Source of the DNA: an uncultured Kiritimatiellota bacterium | GTDB taxonomy: Bacteria > Verrucomicrobiota > Kiritimatiellia > RFP12 > UBA1067 | DNA: 64,000 nt | Assembly (NCBI GenBank): GCA_934635045.1 | Contig: CAKTZA010000003.1 | Location: 13,143-77,142, forward strand | Direction of reading: 5' to 3' | Part shown: piece after piece, positions 6,623-14,282 of the stretch | Layout of the letters: each line of letters opens with the position of its first letter | Numbering within the stretch: position 1 is the stretch's first letter | Made by a program: the position numbers and the translations under genes | Notes under the pieces: generated by a model | The model's database searches: none | What the model was told of the DNA's origin: nothing | Seen by the model: the letters and a program-made list of their open reading frames with translations, nothing else

Positions 6623-8479
6623 ATGGCGAACGATTGCAGAGTGGGGAACATCCGTCCCAGCCAGCTCATCTGGACTTACGGTCCGGGGGCGATGATAGAC
6701 CTTCCGAACTTCTCCGTCATGACGATGGGACTTGATTACTGGAAACAGAGCGAGTGCAAGCCCATTGAGGAGCCGAGACTTCTTGAGCAGGTGCGCAAGA
6801 TGTGCGGCCCGCAGGTCAAGTTCCTGTTCCAGCCGCCCGCTTCGGAGGTGGACGACGATTCTCCGCACAATCCGAAATCTTACGTAGGTGTGCCGGTCCA
6901 GCCGTTTCCGCGCTGGTTCAGGTGCGTGAAGTGCGGACTTCTCGCAACATACGATTCAGGCCTCTTTGAAATCAAGGAAAACTTCTACAGGCCGGAGAGA
7001 ACGCGATTTGTCCATGCCAATTGTCCAAAGGGATTCAAAGGGAAGCCTGTCGATGCAGTCCCCGTGCGTTTCCTTGTCGCCTGCAAGAACGGCCACATTG
7101 ACGAATTCCCCTGGCGGTGGTTTGTCCACGATGGCCCGACAGACTGCACGGCCCCCCTCTACTTCTATGAAAAAGGTGCGTCACTCCAGACGGAGAACCT
7201 CTGGGTTGAATGTCGGCAATGCAACAAGAAGAAGTCGATGGCAATGGCCTTCGGCGCAATCGGCGAACAGACTCTGCCGGCATGCCGAGGGCATCATCCG
7301 CATCTTGGGCATGATACGGACAGCTTCAGCGAATGCAAGGAGAAGATTCGGCCGATTCTTCTTGGCGCGTCAAACAGCTGGTTTCCCGTGACAATGTCCG
7401 TCCTTGCAATCCCCACACGGGAAAACGAGCTTGCTCAACTCGTTGCGGACAATTGGAAGGCTTTAAGCACCGTAGCAAGCGAAGAAATACTCAAGGCGTT
7501 CTTTGCCATGTGGACCGCAACAGGCGACATGTCTGAATTGCGCGCATTTGACATACATGAGGTATGGCAGGCGATTCTGAAGGAGCGCGATCCGAGCAAA
7601 CAGGGCAAGGTGACGCAGGAGGATGTCAAGATTCCCGAATGGAGGGAGCTGACGAGCGAAAAACCCGTCGGGAAATTCCCGCATTTCCTTTGCAGCCAAG
7701 GCACCGTCCCGGAAGTGTTCTCGGGCGTGCTGAAGAAGGTGGTTCTTCTCGAGAGACTCCGCAAAGTAAACGCGCTGGTGGGTTTCACGCGCATTGAGGC
7801 GCGGGATGAATTTGCGGACAACGCCACCGCGCCATCCCGACTCGGTAAAGGCGCTCCGACATGGGTGCCGGCTTGCGAGGTGTTCGGCGAGGGGCTGTTC
7901 CTGCAGTTCGACGAACAGGCTGTAAAGGACTGGGAAGAACTACCTGCCGTAAAGGAAGAGCGCAAACGTCTTGAAATCGGCTACAGGAGTTGGCGTACCA
8001 ATCGGGGGCTTGATGCGTCAAAGGGTTTCCCCGGCGCAAGGTACTACATGCTTCATACGCTGGCTCATCTGTTCATACGAGAGTTGGCCCTTGAGTGCGG
8101 GTACAATGCAGCCAGCATCCAGGAGCGTATCTACGCCCAGGGCGGTGACAATCCTATGGCGGGAATTCTTGTCTATACGGCTGCTTCCGATTCTGACGGT
8201 ACGCTTGGGGGGCTGGTGGAACTTGGAACGCCGTCGAGACTTGAGCAGATCATGCGTCAGGCGATAAGCAGGGCTTCCACATGCTCATCAGATCCGCTTT
8301 GCAGCGAACACGATCCTAGCACCGACGGCACGCTTCACGCTTCGGCATGCCATGCTTGTTCGTTTGTTTCGGAGACCTCATGCGAAACAGGGAACCGCTA
8401 TCTAGACAGGGCATTTGTAGTCCCGACATATTCCATCAAGGATGCTGCATTCTTCAATGGGGTTGCACTCAATGAATGA
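6623..8479 (+). CDS. DrmB-like DUF1998 (MrfA Zn-binding domain) protein
   Basis: The AAGGAG RBS lies in the last codons of the upstream gene, with 3 nt between its stop and ATG 6623. The N-terminus VGNIRPSQLIWTYGPGAMIDL is DrmB-like. There is an internal Zn-ribbon, FRCVKCGLL...HANCPKG...ACKNGHIDEFPWRWFVH. The C-terminal DUF1998 signature is HTLAHLFIRE...SDSDGTLGGLVEL...CSSDPLC...ACHACSFVSETSCETGNRYLDR. Confidence 0.8.
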   Translation: MANDCRVGNIRPSQLIWTYGPGAMIDLPNFSVMTMGLDYWKQSECKPIEEPRLLEQVRKMCGPQVKFLFQPPASEVDDDSPHNPKSYVGVPVQPFPRWFRCVKCGLLATYDSGLFEIKENFYRPERTRFVHANCPKGFKGKPVDAVPVRFLVACKNGHIDEFPWRWFVHDGPTDCTAPLYFYEKGASLQTENLWVECRQCNKKKSMAMAFGAIGEQTLPACRGHHPHLGHDTDSFSECKEKIRPILLGASNSWFPVTMSVLAIPTRENELAQLVADNWKALSTVASEEILKAFFAMWTATGDMSELRAFDIHEVWQAILKERDPSKQGKVTQEDVKIPEWRELTSEKPVGKFPHFLCSQGTVPEVFSGVLKKVVLLERLRKVNALVGFTRIEARDEFADNATAPSRLGKGAPTWVPACEVFGEGLFLQFDEQAVKDWEELPAVKEERKRLEIGYRSWRTNRGLDASKGFPGARYYMLHTLAHLFIRELALECGYNAASIQERIYAQGGDNPMAGILVYTAASDSDGTLGGLVELGTPSRLEQIMRQAISRASTCSSDPLCSEHDPSTDGTLHASACHACSFVSETSCETGNRYLDRAFVVPTYSIKDAAFFNGVALNE

Positions 8480-8518
8480 CATCTATTCCATCGCAGCGAA
8501 AATTGCGGTGCTGTATCC

Positions 8519-9518
8519 ATGCGACACGATTCGGCACATAGCGAGGATTACTCTGTTTATTACTCATCAGCCATGACAAGTGTCATGGTGGCTAACGGGT
8601 CAATTACCAACAACCTCGTTTTTTACTATCCAGGATACGACACCGATCCCAGCAATCCCAACACGGACGCTGACGGGCTTACGGACTACGAGGAGCTCTT
8701 CGTCTACAATACCAATCCGCTTAATCCGCACTCCGTATGCGATACCTACTGCGACGGCATAGCGGTCAAGATAGGCGACATCAATCCGTTTTCATATCCC
8801 GAAGGCTCGACGAACACCGTTCTCGAACACGTGTTTTACTCAGGAACGACGAACGGTGCCTTCGCCTATCCGCAGTCATCCGACAGCATGGCTGTACTGG
8901 AGGTGTCCGTGTCCGGCTCTGGGTTGACTTGCACATGGCGAGGCAACGGCAACGTCGAGGTCGAGAACAATCCGCCGAGGGCGGCGACGATCATCACGTA
9001 CAAGTCATACCGCCTGCGGCTCATGGACGCCAACGGAGCCAGTTTCAGCCGGACGGAGAGATCCGGCGACGTCAATCTCGCGGGCGTCTGCCCGAGTTCA
9101 GCCGTCGGCGACGCAACTCTTGCCTTCTCCCGCAACGGCGAAATCTACTTATACACCTTGGAACCGCCCCGATTCTGAATGTGACAACCGCCATTTCGTG
9201 TTTGTTCACGGATACAATGTGAACGCTTCTCAGGCGCAGCAATGGGCCAATAACGTATTCAAGAGGCTGTGGTGGTCTGGGTTGCGTTCGCGTTTCACCG
9301 CAGTTGACTGGTATGGAGACGATTCGCAGTTGGCGAACGATGTGTCGCCAAATTACTACATCAATCAAAAGTACGATGGAGACATCCCCAGCATCGGCGG
9401 AGTAACGTTTTTGTACTACTTGAATCCCAGCTCGCTTGACAGGAATCTTGAGTACAAGACAGGCTCAAACCTCAATCCTGCGGAACCCAATCCTGCTGAT
9501 GGGCATTTTAAGCCATAA
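8519..9518 (+). pseudogene. Decayed fragment of a secreted TSP3-repeat / alpha-beta-hydrolase (DUF900-like) protein, frameshifted and truncated at both ends
   Basis: ORF 8519..9178 has calcium-binding thrombospondin-type-3-like repeats (DTDPSNPNTDADGLTDYEELFVYNTNPLNPHS) but no signal peptide. The hydrolase-like continuation RHFVFVHGYNVNASQAQQWANNVFKRLWWSG..AVDWYGDDSQ is in another frame (ORF 9120..9518) and ends prematurely. Confidence 0.5.
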
Positions 9519-9578
9519 CTGATATCGGCAAATTCCGGTTTCCGTGCATCGGCGGTCTCGACGGCGGGCATGCGATTT

Positions 9579-9587
9579 TGCTATAAT
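9579..9587 (+). promoter_or_regulatory. Extended -10 promoter (TGcTATAAT) of ppdK
   Basis: The string gcgatTTTGCTATAATtcg lies 46 nt upstream of ATG 9634. The leader is A-rich (three CTGAAA units). Confidence 0.5.
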
Positions 9588-9633
9588 TCGCACAACTGAA
9601 ACTGAAAAGAGCAAGAGACAAGACTGAAAAGAC

Positions 9634-12276
9634 ATGAAAAAGACTGACAAGAAGTACGTCTATTTCTTCGGCGCAGGGCAGACCGAAGGCAATGCGAACA
9701 TGCGCGAGCTCCTCGGCGGCAAGGGCGCCAACCTCGCGGAGATGGCGGGGCTCGGCCTCCCGGTGCCGCAGGGCTTCACGATCACGACCGAGGCGTGCAC
9801 GCGCTACTACGACGACGGCCGGAAGATCGCCGCCGACATCGAGCGGCAGGTCCTCGCCTACATCGAGAAGCTGGAGAAGTCCGCCGGCAAGAAGTTCGGC
9901 GACAGGAAGAACCCGCTGCTCGTCTCCGTCCGCTCCGGCGCGCGCGCGTCGATGCCGGGCATGATGGACACGATCCTCAACCTCGGCCTCAACGAGACGG
10001 TCGTCGAGTCGCTCGCGAAGCAGACGAAGAACCCGCGCTGGGCGTGGGACTGCTACCGCCGCTTCATCCAGATGTTCTCCGACGTCGTGATGGAGGTCGG
10101 CAAGAAGCACTTCGAGAAGCTCATCGACGAGATGAAGGCGAAGAAGCGCGTCAAGAACGACGTCGACCTCACGGCGAACGACCTCAAGGCCCTCGCCGGG
10201 CAGTTCAAGGCCGAGTACAGGGCGGCGATCGGGCGCGACTTCCCGACGGACGCGAAGGAGCAGCTCTTCGAGGCGATCAAGGCCGTGTTCCGCAGCTGGG
10301 ACAACCCGCGCGCGAACGTCTACCGCCGCGACAACGACATCCCGTACAGCTGGGGCACGGCGGTCAACGTGCAGATGATGGCGTTCGGCAACCTGAACGA
10401 CAACTCCGGCACGGGCGTCGCCTTCACGCGCGACCCGGCGACGGGCGAGAAGAAGCTCATGGGCGAGTTCCTCATGAACGCGCAGGGCGAGGACGTCGTC
10501 GCGGGCGTGCGCACGCCGATGCCGATCGCGAAGATGGCCGAGGTGATGCCGAAGGTCTTCAAGCAGTTCCAGAAGATCTGCGAGACGCTGGAGGCGCACT
10601 ACCGCGACATGCAGGACATGGAGTTCACGATCGAGAACCAGAAGCTCTTCATGCTCCAGACGCGCAACGGCAAGCGCACGGCGAAGGCGGCGCTGAAGAT
10701 CGCGTGCGACCTCGTCGACGAGGGCATGCGCACCGAGAAGGAGGCCGTGCTCATGATCGAGCCGCGCAACCTCGACACGCTCCTGCACCCGCAGTTCGAC
10801 GCGGTCGCGCTCAAGGGCGCGAAGCCGGTCGGGCGCGGCCTCGCGGCGTCGCCGGGCGCGGCGTGCGGCCAGATCGTCTTCACGGCGGCGGACGCGAAGG
10901 CGTGGAAGGCGAAGGGCAACAAGACCGTGCTCGTGCGCCTGGAGACCTCGCCGGAGGACATCGAGGGCATGAAGGCGGCGGAGGGCATCCTCACCGTGCG
11001 CGGCGGCATGACGAGCCACGCGGCCGTCGTCGCGCGCGGCATGGGCGAGTGCTGCGTCTCGGGCTGCCAGGAGATCGCGATGGACGAGGAGAACAGGAAG
11101 TTCGTCCTCGGCGGCAAGGTCTTCAAGGAGGGCGACTGGCTCTCCATCGACGGCTCGACGGGCTACATCTACGACGGCGTGATCCCGACGGTCGATGCGA
11201 CGATCGCCGGCGAGTTCGGCCGCATCATGCGCTGGGCCGACAAGTTCCGCCGCCTGCACGTCCGCACGAACGCCGACACGCCGCGCGACGCCCGCAAGGC
11301 GCGCGAGCTCGGCGCGGAGGGCATCGGCCTCTGCCGCACGGAGCACATGTTCTTCGAGGCCGACCGCATCGCGGCGTTCCGCGAGATGATCTGCGCCGAC
11401 ACGGTCGAGGAGCGCGAGCTCGCGCTCGCGAAGATCCTGCCGTACCAGCAGGACGACTTCGAGCAGCTCTTCGAGGCGCTGGAGGGCAAGCCGGTCACGA
11501 TTCGCTTCCTCGACCCGCCGCTGCACGAGTTCGTGCCGCATTCCGAGGACGAGATCAAGCTGCTCGCGAAGAGCCAGCACAAGACGGTCACGCAGATCGA
11601 GGAGCTGATCGAGTCCCTGCACGAGTTCAACCCGATGATGGGCCATCGCGGCTGCCGCCTCTGCGTCACGTACCCGGAGATCGCCCGCATGCAGACGACG
11701 GCGGTCATCCGCGCGGCCGTCAAGGTGCAGAAGGCGCATCCGACCTGGTCGGTCAAGCCGGAGATCATGATTCCGCTCACGTGCGACGCGAAGGAGCTGA
11801 AGTTCGTCAAGGAGATCGTCGTCAAGACGGCGAACGCCGAGATCGCGCACGCCGACGTCAACATCGCCTACAAGGTCGGCACGATGATCGAGATCCCGCG
11901 CGCGGCGCTGACGGCGGACGAGATCGCGAAAGAGGCGCAGTTCTTCTGCTTCGGCACGAACGACCTCACGCAGATGACCTACGGCTTCTCGCGCGACGAC
12001 GCGGGCAAGTTCCTCGCGGCGTACTACGACAAGAAGATCTTCGAGAACGACCCGTTCGCGAAGCTCGACCAGAACGGCGTCGGCAAGCTCATGGAGATGG
12101 CGCTCCGGCTCGGCAAGGGCGTCCGCCCGAACCTCCACTGCGGCATCTGCGGCGAGCACGGCGGCGACCCGACCTCGGTCGAGTTCTGCCACCACCTCGG
12201 CCTCGACTACGTCAGCTGCTCGCCGTACCGCGTGCCGATCGCGCGCCTCGCGGCGGCCCAGGCGGCCCTGCGGTAA
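9634..12276 (+). CDS. ppdK: Pyruvate, phosphate dikinase
   Basis: 880 aa. N-terminus KYVYFFGAGQTEGNANMRELLGGKGANLAEMAGLGLPVPQGFTITTEAC. Phospho-His region GGMTSHAAVVARGMG. PEP-utiliser C-terminus GICGEHGGDPTSVEF. Confidence 0.95.
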   Translation: MKKTDKKYVYFFGAGQTEGNANMRELLGGKGANLAEMAGLGLPVPQGFTITTEACTRYYDDGRKIAADIERQVLAYIEKLEKSAGKKFGDRKNPLLVSVRSGARASMPGMMDTILNLGLNETVVESLAKQTKNPRWAWDCYRRFIQMFSDVVMEVGKKHFEKLIDEMKAKKRVKNDVDLTANDLKALAGQFKAEYRAAIGRDFPTDAKEQLFEAIKAVFRSWDNPRANVYRRDNDIPYSWGTAVNVQMMAFGNLNDNSGTGVAFTRDPATGEKKLMGEFLMNAQGEDVVAGVRTPMPIAKMAEVMPKVFKQFQKICETLEAHYRDMQDMEFTIENQKLFMLQTRNGKRTAKAALKIACDLVDEGMRTEKEAVLMIEPRNLDTLLHPQFDAVALKGAKPVGRGLAASPGAACGQIVFTAADAKAWKAKGNKTVLVRLETSPEDIEGMKAAEGILTVRGGMTSHAAVVARGMGECCVSGCQEIAMDEENRKFVLGGKVFKEGDWLSIDGSTGYIYDGVIPTVDATIAGEFGRIMRWADKFRRLHVRTNADTPRDARKARELGAEGIGLCRTEHMFFEADRIAAFREMICADTVEERELALAKILPYQQDDFEQLFEALEGKPVTIRFLDPPLHEFVPHSEDEIKLLAKSQHKTVTQIEELIESLHEFNPMMGHRGCRLCVTYPEIARMQTTAVIRAAVKVQKAHPTWSVKPEIMIPLTCDAKELKFVKEIVVKTANAEIAHADVNIAYKVGTMIEIPRAALTADEIAKEAQFFCFGTNDLTQMTYGFSRDDAGKFLAAYYDKKIFENDPFAKLDQNGVGKLMEMALRLGKGVRPNLHCGICGEHGGDPTSVEFCHHLGLDYVSCSPYRVPIARLAAAQAALR

Positions 12277-12310
12277 GGGGACACACGCCAAGACGAAAGG
12301 AACAAGACGC

Positions 12311-13444
12311 ATGGAAACGAAGATTCTTCAGTTCGGGGAGGGCAACTTCCTCAGGTGCTTCATCGACTGGATGGTCCAGCGGATGAACGACAAGGCCGGC
12401 TTCGACGGCGCGGTCCAGATCATCCAGCCCATCGGCGTGGAGCTGTCGGCGCCGTCGAAGATCCTGAACGCGCGCGGCGGCAGGTACCACACCTGCCTCC
12501 GGGGCCTCGTCAACAGCCGCACGGTCGAGGAGATCGAGGAGATCACCTGCGTGAAGGGCGTGGACGTCTCGCAGAACCTGGAGAAGTACGCGACTGACCC
12601 GTCGATCCGCTTCGTCGTCTCCAACACGACCGAGGCCGGCATCCAGTACGTGAAGGGCGTCGACACGTTCCCGGCGAAGATTGCGCGTCTCGTCACGGCG
12701 CGCTGCCGGGCGAAGCTTCCCGGCTTCGTCTTCATCCCCTGCGAGCTCATCGAGCACAACGGCGACAAGCTCAAGGCCTGCACGAAGAGGTACATCGACG
12801 ACCCGGCGGTGCTGAAGTGGCTCGACGAGGAATGCGTCTTCTGCTCGACGCTCGTCGACCGCATCGTCGCGGGGCGTCCCGACCCCGCGTCGGCGGAGCG
12901 CTACGCCCAGCAGCTCGGTGAGAAGGACGAGGTGCTCGTCTGCGGCGAGCCGTTTCACTTCTTCGTCGTCGAGCATCCGGCGGGCTTCGACCTGGAGGCG
13001 GAGCTGCCGCTCAAGGCGGCCGGCGTCAACGTCGTCTACACGCAGGACATGCAGCCGTACCGCACGCGCAAGGTGCGCTTCCTCAACGCGGCGCACACGA
13101 CGCTCGTCTACCTCGGCCTGGAGCGCGGCTTCACCGAGGTCGCGCAGTGCATCGAGGACAAGGAGCTCAACCTCTTCCTCCGCAAGGTGATCTTCGACGA
13201 GATCTTCCCGACGGTCGACCTGCCGAACACGGAGAAGATCGACTACGCCGAGTCGGTGCTGGAGCGCTTCGCGAACCCGTTCGCGCACCACAAGCTCGAG
13301 TCCATCGCGCTCAACACGGCGGCGAAGTGGAAGGCGCGCTGCCTGCCCGTCGTCGCCGACTACTACCGGCTCTACGGCAAGCTGCCGGAGCGCATGATGC
13401 TCGGCTACGACGCCATCGCCCGCCATTTCGACGCCGCGAAGTAG
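12311..13444 (+). CDS. uxaB: Tagaturonate (altronate) reductase-like mannitol-dehydrogenase-family oxidoreductase, C-terminally shorter than E. coli UxaB
   Basis: ILQFGEGNFLRCFIDWMV, FVVSNTTEAGIQY, IPCELIEHNGDKL, FCSTLVDRIVAG and RKVRFLNAAHT are collinear with UxaB as I recall it. Confidence 0.65.
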   Translation: METKILQFGEGNFLRCFIDWMVQRMNDKAGFDGAVQIIQPIGVELSAPSKILNARGGRYHTCLRGLVNSRTVEEIEEITCVKGVDVSQNLEKYATDPSIRFVVSNTTEAGIQYVKGVDTFPAKIARLVTARCRAKLPGFVFIPCELIEHNGDKLKACTKRYIDDPAVLKWLDEECVFCSTLVDRIVAGRPDPASAERYAQQLGEKDEVLVCGEPFHFFVVEHPAGFDLEAELPLKAAGVNVVYTQDMQPYRTRKVRFLNAAHTTLVYLGLERGFTEVAQCIEDKELNLFLRKVIFDEIFPTVDLPNTEKIDYAESVLERFANPFAHHKLESIALNTAAKWKARCLPVVADYYRLYGKLPERMMLGYDAIARHFDAAK

Positions 13445-13454
13445 GCGCGCGAAC

Positions 13455-14195
13455 GTGCTGCGCATCGACATCATCAGCGTCCAGCCCCGCATGTTCGCGG
13501 GCTTCCTGGCGGAGTCCATCGTCGCGCGCGCCGTCCGCAAGGGCGCGTGCGCGGTGAACGTTGTCGACCTGCGCGACTTCGGCGAGGGCCGCTGGAAGAA
13601 GGTGGACGACAGGCCCTACGGCGGCGGGCCCGGCATGCTGATGAAGTGCGGCCCGTGGTTCGCCGCCGTCGAACGGTGCCTCGGCCCGGACGGCCCGGCG
13701 CCGGAGGCCGCGAGCCTGCGCGCGTCTGGCGTGCGGGTCGTGATGACCGACCCCAAGGGGCGGACGTTCGCCCAGCGTGACGCGGCGGCGTTCGCCGCGC
13801 AGGCGGTCGGAGATCCGCCGCCGCTGCGGCAGCTCGTCTTCCTCTGCGGACACTACGAGGGCTTCGACGCGCGCATCGGGACGCTGGCGACGGATCGCTA
13901 TTCGCTTGGCGACTTCGTGCTGACGGGCGGCGAACTTGCGGCGGCGGCGATGACGGACGCGATCGTGCGGCTTCTGCCGGGCGTCCTGGGCGGCGGCCCG
14001 GCGGCGACGGCGGCGGAGAGCTTTGGCGCGGACGGCCTTCTCGAATGTCCCCAGTACACCCATCCGACGGAATTCCGGGGGATGAAGGTGCCCGACGTCC
14101 TGCTGTCGGGCGACCACCGCAGGATCGAGGCGTGGCGCACGGCCGAGGCGCGGCGGCTCACCGAACGGGACAGGCCCGACCTCCTGCACGGATAG
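13455..14195 (+). CDS. trmD: tRNA (guanine37-N1)-methyltransferase
   Basis: GTG start. Motifs: DDRPYGGGPGMLMK, LCGHYEGFDARI, SLGDFVLTGGELAAAAMTDAIVRLLPGVLG, QYTHPTEFRGMKVPDVLLSGDHRRIEAWR. Confidence 0.9.
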   Translation: MLRIDIISVQPRMFAGFLAESIVARAVRKGACAVNVVDLRDFGEGRWKKVDDRPYGGGPGMLMKCGPWFAAVERCLGPDGPAPEAASLRASGVRVVMTDPKGRTFAQRDAAAFAAQAVGDPPPLRQLVFLCGHYEGFDARIGTLATDRYSLGDFVLTGGELAAAAMTDAIVRLLPGVLGGGPAATAAESFGADGLLECPQYTHPTEFRGMKVPDVLLSGDHRRIEAWRTAEARRLTERDRPDLLHG

Positions 14196-14213
14196 CGGGC
14201 GTCCCTGACGCGA

Positions 14214-14240
14214 GGGGGGGGGGGATACCCCCCTATTTCT
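14214..14240 (+). terminator. G11-ATA-C6 hairpin followed by a T-rich tract (putative trmD terminator)
   Basis: Sequence ggggggggggg ata cccccc tatttct lies 19 nt after the trmD stop. Confidence 0.35.
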
Positions 14241-14266
14241 ACGGGGTACCATTTGGCGCGCGGATT

Positions 14267-14275
14267 TGGTACACT
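14267..14275 (+). promoter_or_regulatory. Extended -10-like promoter (TGgTACACT), 7 nt upstream of ATG 14283 (leaderless configuration)
   Basis: cggatTTGGTACACT attgcgc ATG; same upstream context (ggattTG) as the atpB promoter. Confidence 0.4.
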
Positions 14276-14282
14276 ATTGCGC

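Noticed and set aside
2522-8479. Calling the locus a canonical (class 1 or class 2) DISARM system
   Set aside because: Only DrmA-like and DrmB-like genes are present. No PLD (DrmC), methyltransferase, SNF2 (DrmD) or DrmE-like gene is visible in the window. The left flank is unseen, so the call is left open.
9120-9518. Independent lipase/alpha-beta-hydrolase gene
   Set aside because: Only the first strand-helix of the fold is present. The ORF begins in non-coding-looking sequence that overlaps the preceding frame and ends after unrelated residues. It is treated as part of a frameshifted pseudogene.
1-9520. Prophage or integrative conjugative element
   Set aside because: No integrase, recombinase, capsid/tail, relaxase or T4SS genes are present, and no flanking tRNA or direct repeats are visible. 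Only a 34-codon transposase-like stub is seen.
9508-12312. 934-aa ORF on the - strand, antisense to ppdK
   Set aside because: It mirrors an unmistakable ppdK on the + strand. The translation is Arg/Ala/Asp/Leu/His-rich low complexity with no motifs. Long stop-free antisense frames are expected in DNA with a strong GC3 bias.
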